Assembly (NCBI GenBank): GCA_041604955.1
Contig: JBFIZG010000010.1
Location: 1-24,627, forward strand
Length of the DNA: 24,627 bases
From: Gemmatimonadales bacterium
Lineage (GTDB): Bacteria; Gemmatimonadota; Gemmatimonadetes; Gemmatimonadales; GWC2-71-9
Direction of reading: 5' to 3'
The notes beneath the pieces are model-generated. The model had not been told where the DNA came from. It saw only the letters and a list, made by a program, of their open reading frames with translations, and did no database searches. Shown here piece by piece: positions 9,547-17,625 of the stretch; position 1 is the stretch's first letter, and every line of letters begins with the position of its first letter. The translations under genes and the position numbers were made by a program.

Positions 9547-10016
9547 CAGCGTGTGCCCCGCGCGCGGAGCGAGTCCAACAGTCGCCGAACCGTCGCGATA
9601 CCGCTGTGCCCCTCGGGCGCGAGGACCTCGTTCTCGCGGGCCGCTACCGAGGGATCGATGACACGCCGCTTTGCCGCCTCACCAACCACGATACTCGTGC
9701 CCTCACGCAACTGATCGGACCAGAACCGGAGGCGCACGATCGATTCGGTGTTGAGACTCGCGCCGCCGCCCCACCTTCTGGTCTCGGCGTTGAACCAGCC
9801 GGTTTCCAGGTATCCTTCGCGCTGGCTCGATTGACGGATGGGGAGACTCTCGGCCTGGACCAACGCTTCCAGTTCGCGGATGGCGTCTCCTGGTGGCACC
9901 GTGACCGTGTCCGTGAGCGCGCCGGTGAATGGTGCGTACCGCGGTCGAATGCCTCCGGCACCGCACGCCGTCGCCAACACAGCGGAACCAACCATCACGG
10001 TGATCAGGTATCTCAC
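9546..10016 (-). CDS. Lipoprotein of unknown function, 156 aa
   Basis: The N-terminus MRYLITVMVGSAVLATAC GAGG looks like a signal peptide plus lipobox (LATAC). The GTG start overlaps the upstream stop (GTGA), and the gene's own stop overlaps the start of the squalene synthase gene. Confidence 0.55.
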   Translation of the reverse strand: MRYLITVMVGSAVLATACGAGGIRPRYAPFTGALTDTVTVPPGDAIRELEALVQAESLPIRQSSQREGYLETGWFNAETRRWGGGASLNTESIVRLRFWSDQLREGTSIVVGEAAKRRVIDPSVAARENEVLAPEGHSGIATVRRLLDSLRARGTR

Positions 10017-10612
10017 TCCTCGTGCTCGTGCTCCGGTGTTACCGGCGGGTCGGCGTGCTCCCCGGTTTCGGCCGCGCCGGCTGTGGAATCTGGAGCAACC
10101 GCGTCGTGTTCGTGTTCTTCAACCCCGGCGTGCGAGTGTCCCGTGGCGCGCTCCTCCATCGCTCCTTCCATCACGGTGGTTGGTATGCCGCCACCGTGCC
10201 GAAAGACGATCGTTCCACCAAGATGCGCTGTCCAGATGAGAAAGAGGACCGCCACGGCGCCGATCGTGAGATACGCGGGCCGTTCCTTTGCGGTCATCCG
10301 ACGATGACGCGCGATCCGCCACAGTGCCAAGCAGACAAAGAGCACCGTGGTGGTGATGGCCAATGTCTCGTGCCGTTCGATGACCAGGTGCACGCTCCCG
10401 CCGTGCTCGATCGTGCCTTCGGCTCTCAGTCCTGATATGAGCGCGAGCACGATCCCCGCCGCACCTGCAACGAGCGTCCAGTACGCGGCATGGTTCAAGG
10501 ATTCTCGCTTGGTGGCGCCACCGACCATATCGAAGATGATGGACGCCATGAGCAGCACGACCGGGAGATCGTTCAGCGCTGCATGCATCTCGGCAAATGT
10601 GTTCCAGAACAT
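10013..10612 (-). CDS. 4-TM membrane protein (possibly DUF2231-like) with a His/Glu-rich C-terminal tail, 199 aa
   Basis: Four hydrophobic segments (LPVVLLMASIIFDMVGG; AAYWTLVAGAAGIVLALISGL; LAITTTVLFVCLALW; YLTIGAVAVLFLIWTAHLGG). The C-terminus reads HSHAGVEEHEHDAV...GEHADPPVTPEHEHEE. The start lies 3 nt after the hbd stop. Confidence 0.6.
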   Translation of the reverse strand: MFWNTFAEMHAALNDLPVVLLMASIIFDMVGGATKRESLNHAAYWTLVAGAAGIVLALISGLRAEGTIEHGGSVHLVIERHETLAITTTVLFVCLALWRIARHRRMTAKERPAYLTIGAVAVLFLIWTAHLGGTIVFRHGGGIPTTVMEGAMEERATGHSHAGVEEHEHDAVAPDSTAGAAETGEHADPPVTPEHEHEE

Positions 10613-10615
10613 CGC

Positions 10616-11503
10616 TCAGAGCCCCAGGTCGGCCACCGTCGGCGGCTTGCTCGAGTAGTCGTAGAATCCCTTTCCCGACTTCTTGCCGTGCATCCCCGTG
10701 AGCACCATGCGTTTGAGAAGCGGGGGTGGCGCGTACCGAGGCTCGCGATACTCGTCGAACATGATTTCCGCGATTTTATACGTCGTATCCAAGCCGACGA
10801 AATCGAGGAGGGTGAACGGCCCCATCGGGTGTCCCGTACCCAGCACCATACCTTTGTCGATATCCGGGACCGATCCAACCCCCTGTTCGAGCGCCCGGAT
10901 GGCGTCCAGGAGGTACGGAACGAGCAGCAGATTGACGATGAACCCGGAGCTGTCTTTTGCGGCGATGGGCTGCTTGCCGAGCGCTTCGGCAAAGGCCATG
11001 GCCTTTGCGAATGTCTCCTTGCTGGTCGTGACGGTACGGACGACCTCGACCAGCTTCATGAGTGGGACCGGGTTGAAGAAATGCAGTCCGACAAACTGAT
11101 GTGCGCGGGTTGTTGCTGCAGCCATGGCCGCGATGGTGAGACTCGACGTGTTCGACGCGAACAAGGTGGCCGGCCCGCACAACCCGTCCAACTCTTTCCA
11201 GAGTGCGTTCTTGATATCGAGGTCCTCGGTGACGGCCTCGATGACGATGTCGCACTTCTTTAGTCCGGCCAGGTCGGTCGTGAACGACAATCGCTGAAGC
11301 GTGGCCTCGCGGTCGTCCGCCGTCAGCTTGCCTTTTTCGACGAACTTGTCGAGCGAGCCGGCGATGGCGCCCCTCCCGGCCTCGTTCAGCTCGGAACTAA
11401 TTTCTCGCACGATCGTCGGGAATCCCGCTTGCGCTGCCACCTGCGCAATGCCCCTTCCCATGAGACCGCATCCCAATACTCCGACGCTCTTTATGTCACT
11501 CAT
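10616..11503 (-). CDS. hbd: 3-hydroxybutyryl-CoA dehydrogenase (3-hydroxyacyl-CoA dehydrogenase family), 295 aa
   Basis: VGVLGCGLMGRGIAQV (NAD-binding), LFASNTSSL, GLHFFNPVPLMKLVEV, and a C-terminal 3HCDH_C-like domain. Confidence 0.9.
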   Translation of the reverse strand: MSDIKSVGVLGCGLMGRGIAQVAAQAGFPTIVREISSELNEAGRGAIAGSLDKFVEKGKLTADDREATLQRLSFTTDLAGLKKCDIVIEAVTEDLDIKNALWKELDGLCGPATLFASNTSSLTIAAMAAATTRAHQFVGLHFFNPVPLMKLVEVVRTVTTSKETFAKAMAFAEALGKQPIAAKDSSGFIVNLLLVPYLLDAIRALEQGVGSVPDIDKGMVLGTGHPMGPFTLLDFVGLDTTYKIAEIMFDEYREPRYAPPPLLKRMVLTGMHGKKSGKGFYDYSSKPPTVADLGL

Positions 11504-11536
11504 AGCGTTACGCTCTCTCCGATTGGAGTCGATGGT

Positions 11537-12367
11537 TCACACATCAAGGCTCTTGCGAATTTCGTCGGCAATCCGGCCCAACGGGTGCTGCGGCGACTTC
11601 GCCTGTAGACGTCGCTGGCGGATTTCGCCGTGCTCCAGACGGTCGAGCACTTGTTCGAGGGCGACCTTTACCCGTTCGATTTTCTGGCGCCGGCTCCGTG
11701 CCGCAAATATCGCCATTGGAATGGCGGCAGCAACCGGTATCAATGCCACCGGAGCAATCACCCCTGCGACCATGGCGATCGCGCTGACGGTGCCACCTGC
11801 CCCGCCCAAAAACGCCGCCCCGCCGATATACTCGTTCCGAGTATTGCCGAAATCCGCCACCAGCTGCACGTGGCACCGCTGCTCGTCCAGTTGCGTCACC
11901 CGGGACACCACTTCCCGCCCTCGGGCCAGCAGGTAGCTACGCCCACCCAACCCCAAAGAGCGTTTGAGCGAGGCGAACGCCCCCTCCTTGGGTTCCCAAG
12001 ACGTTCGGTCGGGAAACCGGCGTTTGACTTGGAGCAACTCGCCTTCCAAAAACCACGCTCGCAGCTCGGCCTCGAGCGTGGCGGCGACGCCGGCGATCGA
12101 TCGTTCGGCCGCCACCCGCCGGGGACCCGTGAGCCACTCCAACACACCGCGTTCCGGGAAACGCGCGACCCCCACGCGTTCTTCGAGCAGCGCCTGACGG
12201 AGGTACACTGAGGGAATGCCGACGTCGCCTCCCAGTTCCATCAGCTCGGATTCAGTCAGGCCTTCGCCGAACTCGCGATCCTTGGCTTGAAGCTCCGCCG
12301 CGCGCTGAATGACCCGTTCCAGCGTCGCGCCGTCGATTCGCGAATCCCGTGGAACCAGATCAGTCAT
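11537..12367 (-). CDS. Hypothetical membrane-anchored protein, 276 aa (soluble N-terminal domain, Gly/Ala-rich double hydrophobic segment near residues 185-225, charged C-terminus)
   Basis: Long ORF translationally coupled to the upstream SPFH gene (the SPFH TAG stop is followed 2 nt later by the ATG). Hydrophobic stretch IGGAAFLGGAGGTVSAIAMVAGVIAPVALIPVAAAIPMAIFAA. No family recognised. Confidence 0.55.
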   Translation of the reverse strand: MTDLVPRDSRIDGATLERVIQRAAELQAKDREFGEGLTESELMELGGDVGIPSVYLRQALLEERVGVARFPERGVLEWLTGPRRVAAERSIAGVAATLEAELRAWFLEGELLQVKRRFPDRTSWEPKEGAFASLKRSLGLGGRSYLLARGREVVSRVTQLDEQRCHVQLVADFGNTRNEYIGGAAFLGGAGGTVSAIAMVAGVIAPVALIPVAAAIPMAIFAARSRRQKIERVKVALEQVLDRLEHGEIRQRRLQAKSPQHPLGRIADEIRKSLDV

Positions 12368-12369
12368 GC

Positions 12370-13206
12370 CTACCGATGCTGTCCGACCTTTTCGGGGGCG
12401 TCGGCCATTGGGACCGGTGAACCCGTCGCGTCCGGAAGCTGCTTGTCACTCGAACCCGACAGCGTTTTGGCGAGATCGGTGAACGGCTTGATGATGTCGA
12501 TGGGCAGCGGCAACAGCACCGTGGACGACTGTTCGCTCGAGATCTCGACCATCGTCTGGAGAAAACGCAGCGTCAACGCCGCCGGTTGACGGCCGATGAT
12601 TTCCGCCGCTTCCGAGAGACGGCCGGCGGCTTGGAACTCACCTTCGGCGGCGATCACCTTGGCGCGACGTTCGCGTTCGGATTCCGCCTGCCGCGCCATG
12701 GCGCGTTTCATCTCAACGGGGAGATCGACGTCCTTCACCTCGACCGCCGACACCTCGATACCCCACGGCTCGGTGCGCTCGTCGACAATCTCCTTCAAGA
12801 TCCCGTTGATCTTGTCTCGGTCCGCCAGCAACTCGTCCAGCTCGACCTCGCCCAACACGCTTCGAAGCGTCGTCTGTGCGAGTTGGCTCGTCGCGAACAG
12901 ATAGTCCTCGATCTCGATCACGGCCAGCTCAGGTGTTTTCACCCGCATATACAGAACGGCGTTGACCTTAATCGATACGTTGTCTCTCGTTATGACGTCT
13001 TGAGGCGGAATGTCCATCGCGATGATGCGGAGTGACGTCCGCTGCATCCGGGCGACGCCGGCGGGAATGAAAACCAACCCCGGTCCCTTGGTGGCCCAGT
13101 ATTTTCCCAACAGAAAGGTGACGCCTCGCTCGTATTGTTTGAGAATCCGTAAACTTGCGAACGTATACGCAACGCTGCCCGCCAATAATGCGAGTAGTAT
13201 CTCCAT
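12370..13206 (-). CDS. SPFH/band-7 (stomatin/slipin-like) membrane protein, 278 aa
   Basis: N-terminal TM segment [16 protein letters not shown]. Band-7 core: [15 protein letters not shown]...[14 protein letters not shown]...[20 protein letters not shown]...[18 protein letters not shown], then a coiled Ala/Glu/Arg-rich segment. Its ATG overlaps the thiolase stop (TGATG); the longer ORF-track start at 13254 would overlap thiolase. Confidence 0.8.
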   Translation of the reverse strand: MEILLALLAGSVAYTFASLRILKQYERGVTFLLGKYWATKGPGLVFIPAGVARMQRTSLRIIAMDIPPQDVITRDNVSIKVNAVLYMRVKTPELAVIEIEDYLFATSQLAQTTLRSVLGEVELDELLADRDKINGILKEIVDERTEPWGIEVSAVEVKDVDLPVEMKRAMARQAESERERRAKVIAAEGEFQAAGRLSEAAEIIGRQPAALTLRFLQTMVEISSEQSSTVLLPLPIDIIKPFTDLAKTLSGSSDKQLPDATGSPVPMADAPEKVGQHR

Positions 13207-14411
13207 CAGAACGCCTCGACAATCACCGCCGCGCCCTGTCCACCGCCGATGCAAGCCGAGCCGAGACCGTAGCGCTTGTTGATGCGGCGCAGCGCGTGCA
13301 AGAGATGAATCGTGATGCGACTCCCGCTCGCCGCGAGCGGATGCCCAATCGCGATCGCGCCGCCATGGACGTTGGTGCGTTCCCGGTCCAGCCCGAGTTC
13401 TTTCTCCACGGCGACGTACTGGGGGGCAAACGCCTCGTTCACTTCCACCAGATCGATGTCGTCGAGGGAGAGACTCGCCTTGTCGAGCGCCTTGCGTGCA
13501 GCCGGCGCCGGCCCGATACCCATGTACTTGGGTTCAACACCTGCCACCGCCCACGAAACCACCCTGCCAAGCGGCTCCAGTTTGTGTTCGGATGCAAACG
13601 CCTCGCTTGCGACAACCGTCGCCGCTGCACCATCGCAGATTCCCGAGGCGTTACCCGCGGTGACGAGACCGTCTTTCTTGAAGTATGGTCTCAGCGAGGT
13701 GAGGCCTTCGAGCGTGGTGTCGGCACGTATGTGCTCGTCCGCGCGCCAATCGACGAGCGCGTTTGCTTTGCGGTCCTTGATTTGGACTGGGACGACTTCA
13801 TGCTCGAACACGCAATCGTCCCACGCCTTCGCCGCTCGCTGCTGGCTCGTCAACGCGTATCGGTCTACGTCGTCCCGCGTAAGTTCGTATTTTTCGGCCA
13901 AGTTTTCCGCCGTTTCCGCCATCGAGAAACCACACTGTGGATCGGTGAGCGCTTCCCACAGCGAGTCCTCGAGTTGGGCTGCCGGGCCCAGCCTGATCCC
14001 CCACCTGGCACCGCGCACCACGTGGGGCGCCTGACTCATCGATTCGGCGCCGCCGGCGAGCACCACTTGAGATTCTTCGAGCAAGATCTGTTGACTTGCT
14101 TGAATGATGGACTCGAACCCCGAACCACAGAGGCGGTTGACGGTGACGGCGGGCGTCTCAATCGGCAAGCCGGCTTGAAGTCCGATGTGCCGGGCAAGGT
14201 AGATCGCATCGGCGGAGGTCTGTTGTGCGTTTCCGAATACGACGTGGTCGACGTGTTCGCCATCGACGCCCGACCGTTCGAGCGCGCCGCGCGCGGCAAT
14301 CGTGCCGAGCTCTGTGGCGGAAAGGTGTTTCAACGTGCCACCGAATTTGCCGAAACCGGTGCGGACGCCGGACAGGAACACGACGTCCATATGCTTACCC
14401 TGCGTCTTCAT
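13206..14411 (-). CDS. Acetyl-CoA C-acetyltransferase (thiolase II), 401 aa
   Basis: [23 protein letters not shown] (active-site Cys), the C-terminal [17 protein letters not shown] and [12 protein letters not shown] thiolase signatures. A GGAGA Shine-Dalgarno sits 8 nt before the ATG at 14411. Confidence 0.9.
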   Translation of the reverse strand: MKTQGKHMDVVFLSGVRTGFGKFGGTLKHLSATELGTIAARGALERSGVDGEHVDHVVFGNAQQTSADAIYLARHIGLQAGLPIETPAVTVNRLCGSGFESIIQASQQILLEESQVVLAGGAESMSQAPHVVRGARWGIRLGPAAQLEDSLWEALTDPQCGFSMAETAENLAEKYELTRDDVDRYALTSQQRAAKAWDDCVFEHEVVPVQIKDRKANALVDWRADEHIRADTTLEGLTSLRPYFKKDGLVTAGNASGICDGAAATVVASEAFASEHKLEPLGRVVSWAVAGVEPKYMGIGPAPAARKALDKASLSLDDIDLVEVNEAFAPQYVAVEKELGLDRERTNVHGGAIAIGHPLAASGSRITIHLLHALRRINKRYGLGSACIGGGQGAAVIVEAF

Positions 14412-14427
14412 GGGATCATTCTCCGAC

Positions 14428-14449
14428 GTTCACATTGCGTGACAATGTC
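14428..14449. promoter_or_regulatory. Overlapping palindromes (GTTCAC-attgc-GTGAC; CATTG-cgtga-CAATG; GACAaTGTC) in the leader of the thiolase operon
   Basis: Read directly; it lies between the Shine-Dalgarno/start of the thiolase gene (14411) and the upstream 113-bp intergenic region. On the minus strand it reads TTGTCACGCAATGTGAAC and shares a GTCACG...TGTGA core with the inverted repeat at 18701. Confidence 0.25.
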
Positions 14450-14524
14450 TTCGTGAGTGGAATATGCCTGCCTGGATACAGCCGTTCAAGCGAAATGTCG
14501 ACGCGGTTGTAACCGGACGGACCG

Positions 14525-15589
14525 TTAGTTGACGCGGCTGACCGTTTGCGCAATCCATGCTCCCACCTCGGCGGTGCTCGATTGTCCGCCGACGTCGGGG
14601 GTGGTCACCCCGTCGGTGAGTGCCGCGGTGACGGCGCAATCGAGCATTTGGGCGGCTCCCTGCACACCGAGGGCGGACAACATCAAGCCCCCGCTCAGAA
14701 TCGTCGCCATCGGGTTCGCGATCCCGCGGCCAGCCAGGGGTGGCGCGGAACCGTGGACGGGCTCGAACAGTCCCCCTCTGCCATCGCCGGTATTCGCGCT
14801 GGGCGCCATTCCCAGTCCGCCAACCAGCTCGGCGCCCAAGTCTGAAAGGATGTCACCGAACAGGTTGGTGGTGACGATGACTTGGAACCGTGCCGGATCT
14901 CTCACCATTTCCATCGCAGCCGCATCGATGTATCGATGTTCGGATTCGATCTCGGGATGTTGACTCGCGATTTCCCGAAATAAGCGGAGCCATAATTCGT
15001 GAGCGGGAATGGCGTTCGATTTGTCGCACAGGGTCACACGGGTCTTTCCGTTCCCCTCCGCCCACGCAAACGCGGCTTCGAGCGTGCGCCTGACCTTGCG
15101 CGCGGTGTGCACCTCTTCAGCGATTTGTTCTTCGTCGGGTGTGCCTACGTGCGCGGCACGTCCACGCCCGAGATACATGCCCTCGGTGTTCTCTCGAAAT
15201 ATCACGAAATCGATCCCGCGATCACCGCGGGACGCGAGCGGGCAGAGACGCGGGTGATACAGCCGGCACGGGCGAAAGTTGACGTAGAGATCCAGGCCGA
15301 ACCGCAGCCCGAGTAAGATGTCGCGGATGTGTTCGTTCTTCGGGACCCGCGGGTCGCCTAGCGCGCCGAGAAAAATCGCGTCGAAGTGATCGCGGAGATG
15401 GGCGAACGTCTCATCGGACATGCTCTCTCCAGTGGAGAGGTAATGATCCGCTCCCAGGGGGACGCGCTCCCAAGTGACGTTGGCGTCGTGGACGGACGCG
15501 ACCTGTTCGAGTGCGGGGATCGCTGCGTCGACTACCTCTGGTCCAATACCGTCACCGGGGATGACCGCGATGGAAAACGCCCGCCGCAC
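14525..15589 (-). CDS. Isocitrate/isopropylmalate dehydrogenase family enzyme (3-isopropylmalate dehydrogenase or tartrate/D-malate dehydrogenase-like)
   Basis: IAVIPGDGIGPEV, LYVNFRP, NLFGDILSDL, GLFEPVHGSAPPLAGRGIANP. The start was chosen as the GTG at 15589, giving MRRAFSIAVIPGDG and lying 2 nt after the upstream stop. The ORF-track GTG at 15658 is the alternative but would overlap the upstream gene by 68 nt. Confidence 0.75.
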   Translation of the reverse strand: MRRAFSIAVIPGDGIGPEVVDAAIPALEQVASVHDANVTWERVPLGADHYLSTGESMSDETFAHLRDHFDAIFLGALGDPRVPKNEHIRDILLGLRFGLDLYVNFRPCRLYHPRLCPLASRGDRGIDFVIFRENTEGMYLGRGRAAHVGTPDEEQIAEEVHTARKVRRTLEAAFAWAEGNGKTRVTLCDKSNAIPAHELWLRLFREIASQHPEIESEHRYIDAAAMEMVRDPARFQVIVTTNLFGDILSDLGAELVGGLGMAPSANTGDGRGGLFEPVHGSAPPLAGRGIANPMATILSGGLMLSALGVQGAAQMLDCAVTAALTDGVTTPDVGGQSSTAEVGAWIAQTVSRVN

Positions 15590-15590
15590 C

Positions 15591-16361
15591 TCAGCCGTCC
15601 GAGGCCGTGGTGCCGCACGCTGGGCAAAACCGCCATTCGTTTTCGAGTTCGTCGCCACATTGGTCGCACTTCCGGGGTACGACGCGTCCGCCGCAGAACG
15701 GGCAGAAGATCACCTTGCGGCCCGTGGGAAGTGTTTGATCACAAAATGGACACACGTCGGCATCCTCCTCGAGCGAAGTTGCTGGGGCGAATGGTGCAGC
15801 CGAATCCGCAGCGACAAACCTGGGCGCCTGCGGCGGCTGGCTGTGGTGGACCGCGTCGGTCCCCGTCCTGTGCTGATCGACGGCGTTCTGAAGAGCATCG
15901 GCCGACTCGTCGTCTCCAGGCGGTTCGGCCGTTGGTGATGGATCCGTGGGCGGCGCGTATGGATCGTGCGCTCGATCGTGTGACTCGGCCGGAGCGGGCG
16001 GCGCGTAGGCGATTGCGCCTTCCACCGTGGATCGCACGGCGTCTTGATCGAACAAGACGCGAGCGGCGGCGTAATCCCGAAACGTCCCGGGGTTCGGGTT
16101 GATCGACTTCACCTCTTTGATCAGCGCGTTCCGAACTTCGATGGGCTCGACGGAGGCGTACCCTCCTTCGCCCGCCAGGAGTTGGAGAATCGCCATCTCG
16201 TAGTCCTGATTCGTATCGAACTGGAGCACCTTTTTGTACGTACGGTACGGAAGAATCGACTGATAGAGTTCGGATACTTGGATCGGGCCGGTCAGCCGTT
16301 CCGGGTCTTCCGCTGCGAGAACCTGCACGAGGTGGTGAAACAGGCGTTCGACGCTGCTCAT
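15591..16361 (-). CDS. Hypothetical protein with a C-terminal double zinc-ribbon (four CxxC pairs), 256 aa
   Basis: C-terminus CPFCDQTL...FCPFCGG...CDQCGDEL...FCPACG. The N-terminal roughly 110-aa domain is unrecognised, and the linker is Pro/Ala/Asp-rich. A GAGGGA Shine-Dalgarno lies just after the dCMP deaminase stop. Confidence 0.6.
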   Translation of the reverse strand: MSSVERLFHHLVQVLAAEDPERLTGPIQVSELYQSILPYRTYKKVLQFDTNQDYEMAILQLLAGEGGYASVEPIEVRNALIKEVKSINPNPGTFRDYAAARVLFDQDAVRSTVEGAIAYAPPAPAESHDRAHDPYAPPTDPSPTAEPPGDDESADALQNAVDQHRTGTDAVHHSQPPQAPRFVAADSAAPFAPATSLEEDADVCPFCDQTLPTGRKVIFCPFCGGRVVPRKCDQCGDELENEWRFCPACGTTASDG

Positions 16362-16371
16362 CAGTTCCCTC

Positions 16372-16872
16372 TCACCGCCACGCCTCTGCCCACCGGTCGT
16401 ACTGGACCGGCGTGACTCCGGCGGTCTCGAGGAGATCAGTCCCGCTCGGGTTCCGATACGGGCGTCGATAGAAGACGTGTGATACTCCCGAGTTGATCAT
16501 GAGCTTGCTACAAAGTACACAGGGACTGTCCGTGACGAATACTACTTTGTTCGGCATCGCTCCGGGCGCCTTGACGAGCGCGTTCACCTCGGAATGGATA
16601 CATCCGCACGCACCAGGCACGGACGAGTCGCACCGGTTGGGCAACCCCTTGGCATTACCGTTGTACCCGATGGCCACCACGTTGCCGAGCGCGGCGTCGG
16701 TCACGACCGTTCCGACTTGGAGCCGAAGGCAGGTCGAACGCTTTGCCAGCTCCTCCGCCATCCGCATGTAGACCTCGAAGAGCGGGATACGATCGAGCTG
16801 TGGACTCGCGTCATCCGGGAGCGTGTTGAGCGGGTGCGTGTTTGCTTCGACGCCGTCTTTGAACACCGTCAT
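16372..16872 (-). CDS. dCMP deaminase (cytidine/deoxycytidylate deaminase family, ComEB-like)
   Basis: RSTCLRLQVGTVV, GYNG, CIHSEVNAL (H(A/S)E zinc motif), SPCVLCSKLMINSGV (PCxxC). The ATG at 16872 overlaps the rnhA stop (ATGA); the ORF-track GTG at 16887 is the alternative. Confidence 0.85.
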   Translation of the reverse strand: MTVFKDGVEANTHPLNTLPDDASPQLDRIPLFEVYMRMAEELAKRSTCLRLQVGTVVTDAALGNVVAIGYNGNAKGLPNRCDSSVPGACGCIHSEVNALVKAPGAMPNKVVFVTDSPCVLCSKLMINSGVSHVFYRRPYRNPSGTDLLETAGVTPVQYDRWAEAWR

Positions 16873-17471
16873 CGCCGTTTGGACCACCGGGTTTCCAACT
16901 CGTCGAACGCCGCATCCGGATCGTATTCAGGGAATCGCCGCGGCCTCGCGGCAAGCCACGCGTCGAACCCCGACGGCACGGCGCCGTCAGACGTAACGCC
17001 GTCGGTCGCGGCTTGAATCGCGAGGTCGTTCACATATTCGTTCTTTGGGTGGCCGGCATGGCCGCGAACCCAAATCCATTCGATCTCAAACGGATCACAC
17101 ACGCGGTCCAAGGTCTTCCACAGGTCCAGGTTCTCGATCTTCCCGCCCTTTCTGCGCCAGCCGCGCGCCCGCCAATTGGGCAGCCATTCGGTGATTCCCT
17201 TGATGAGGTACTGTGAGTCCGAAACGTACGCCACGCGAGCGCGCGGGAGTTTCTGCTCGAGTAAGGCAAACGTCGCGATAGCGCCGGCGAGAGCCATCTT
17301 GTTGTTGGTTGTGTCAGGAGACGAGAGGAACACGTCCTCCCGTTCCAGGGAGTCTTCCGAGCGAAACTCCAGGAGTGATCCCGCGCCTCCCGGGTTGGCG
17401 CCGTCCCGTCCGTTTCCGAGACAGCTCTCATCCGCGTGAATCAGGACAAACGACGAATCCGCTTTGAACAT
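16869..17471 (-). CDS. rnhA: Ribonuclease HI with a roughly 45-aa C-terminal extension
   Basis: ADESCLGNG, TNNKMAL, SDSQYLIKGITEWLPNWRARGW, NLDLW, WIWVRGHAGHPKNEYVNDLA. Collinear with E. coli RNase HI catalytic motifs. Confidence 0.9.
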   Translation of the reverse strand: MFKADSSFVLIHADESCLGNGRDGANPGGAGSLLEFRSEDSLEREDVFLSSPDTTNNKMALAGAIATFALLEQKLPRARVAYVSDSQYLIKGITEWLPNWRARGWRRKGGKIENLDLWKTLDRVCDPFEIEWIWVRGHAGHPKNEYVNDLAIQAATDGVTSDGAVPSGFDAWLAARPRRFPEYDPDAAFDELETRWSKRR

Positions 17472-17558
17472 GGACCTCGATGACGTTGGTGCTGCCGCCG
17501 GTTCGGATCGCCGGAATCGTTTCGTGGAGTCGCGGTCCCGCCGTTGAACGCGCGATCG

Positions 17559-17584
17559 TCATACCTCACCGGTCGGAGGTATGA
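17559..17584. other. Perfect 9-bp-stem hairpin (TCATACCTC-N8-GAGGTATGA) in the 154-bp gap upstream of rnhA
   Basis: Read directly from the sequence. Located in the 5' leader of the rnhA cluster, downstream of the unknown-protein gene. No U-tract follows on the minus strand, so it is not a classic terminator. Confidence 0.3.
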
Positions 17585-17625
17585 ATCTGGGAAGCGTTGC
17601 GGATTCGTCGTGCGAGTCGTGGCCG

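Noticed and set aside
13155-14456. 433-aa plus-strand ORF
   Set aside because: It is entirely antisense to the thiolase gene, which has unambiguous family signatures. It is Arg-rich and low-complexity, typical of a wrong-frame ORF in high-GC DNA.
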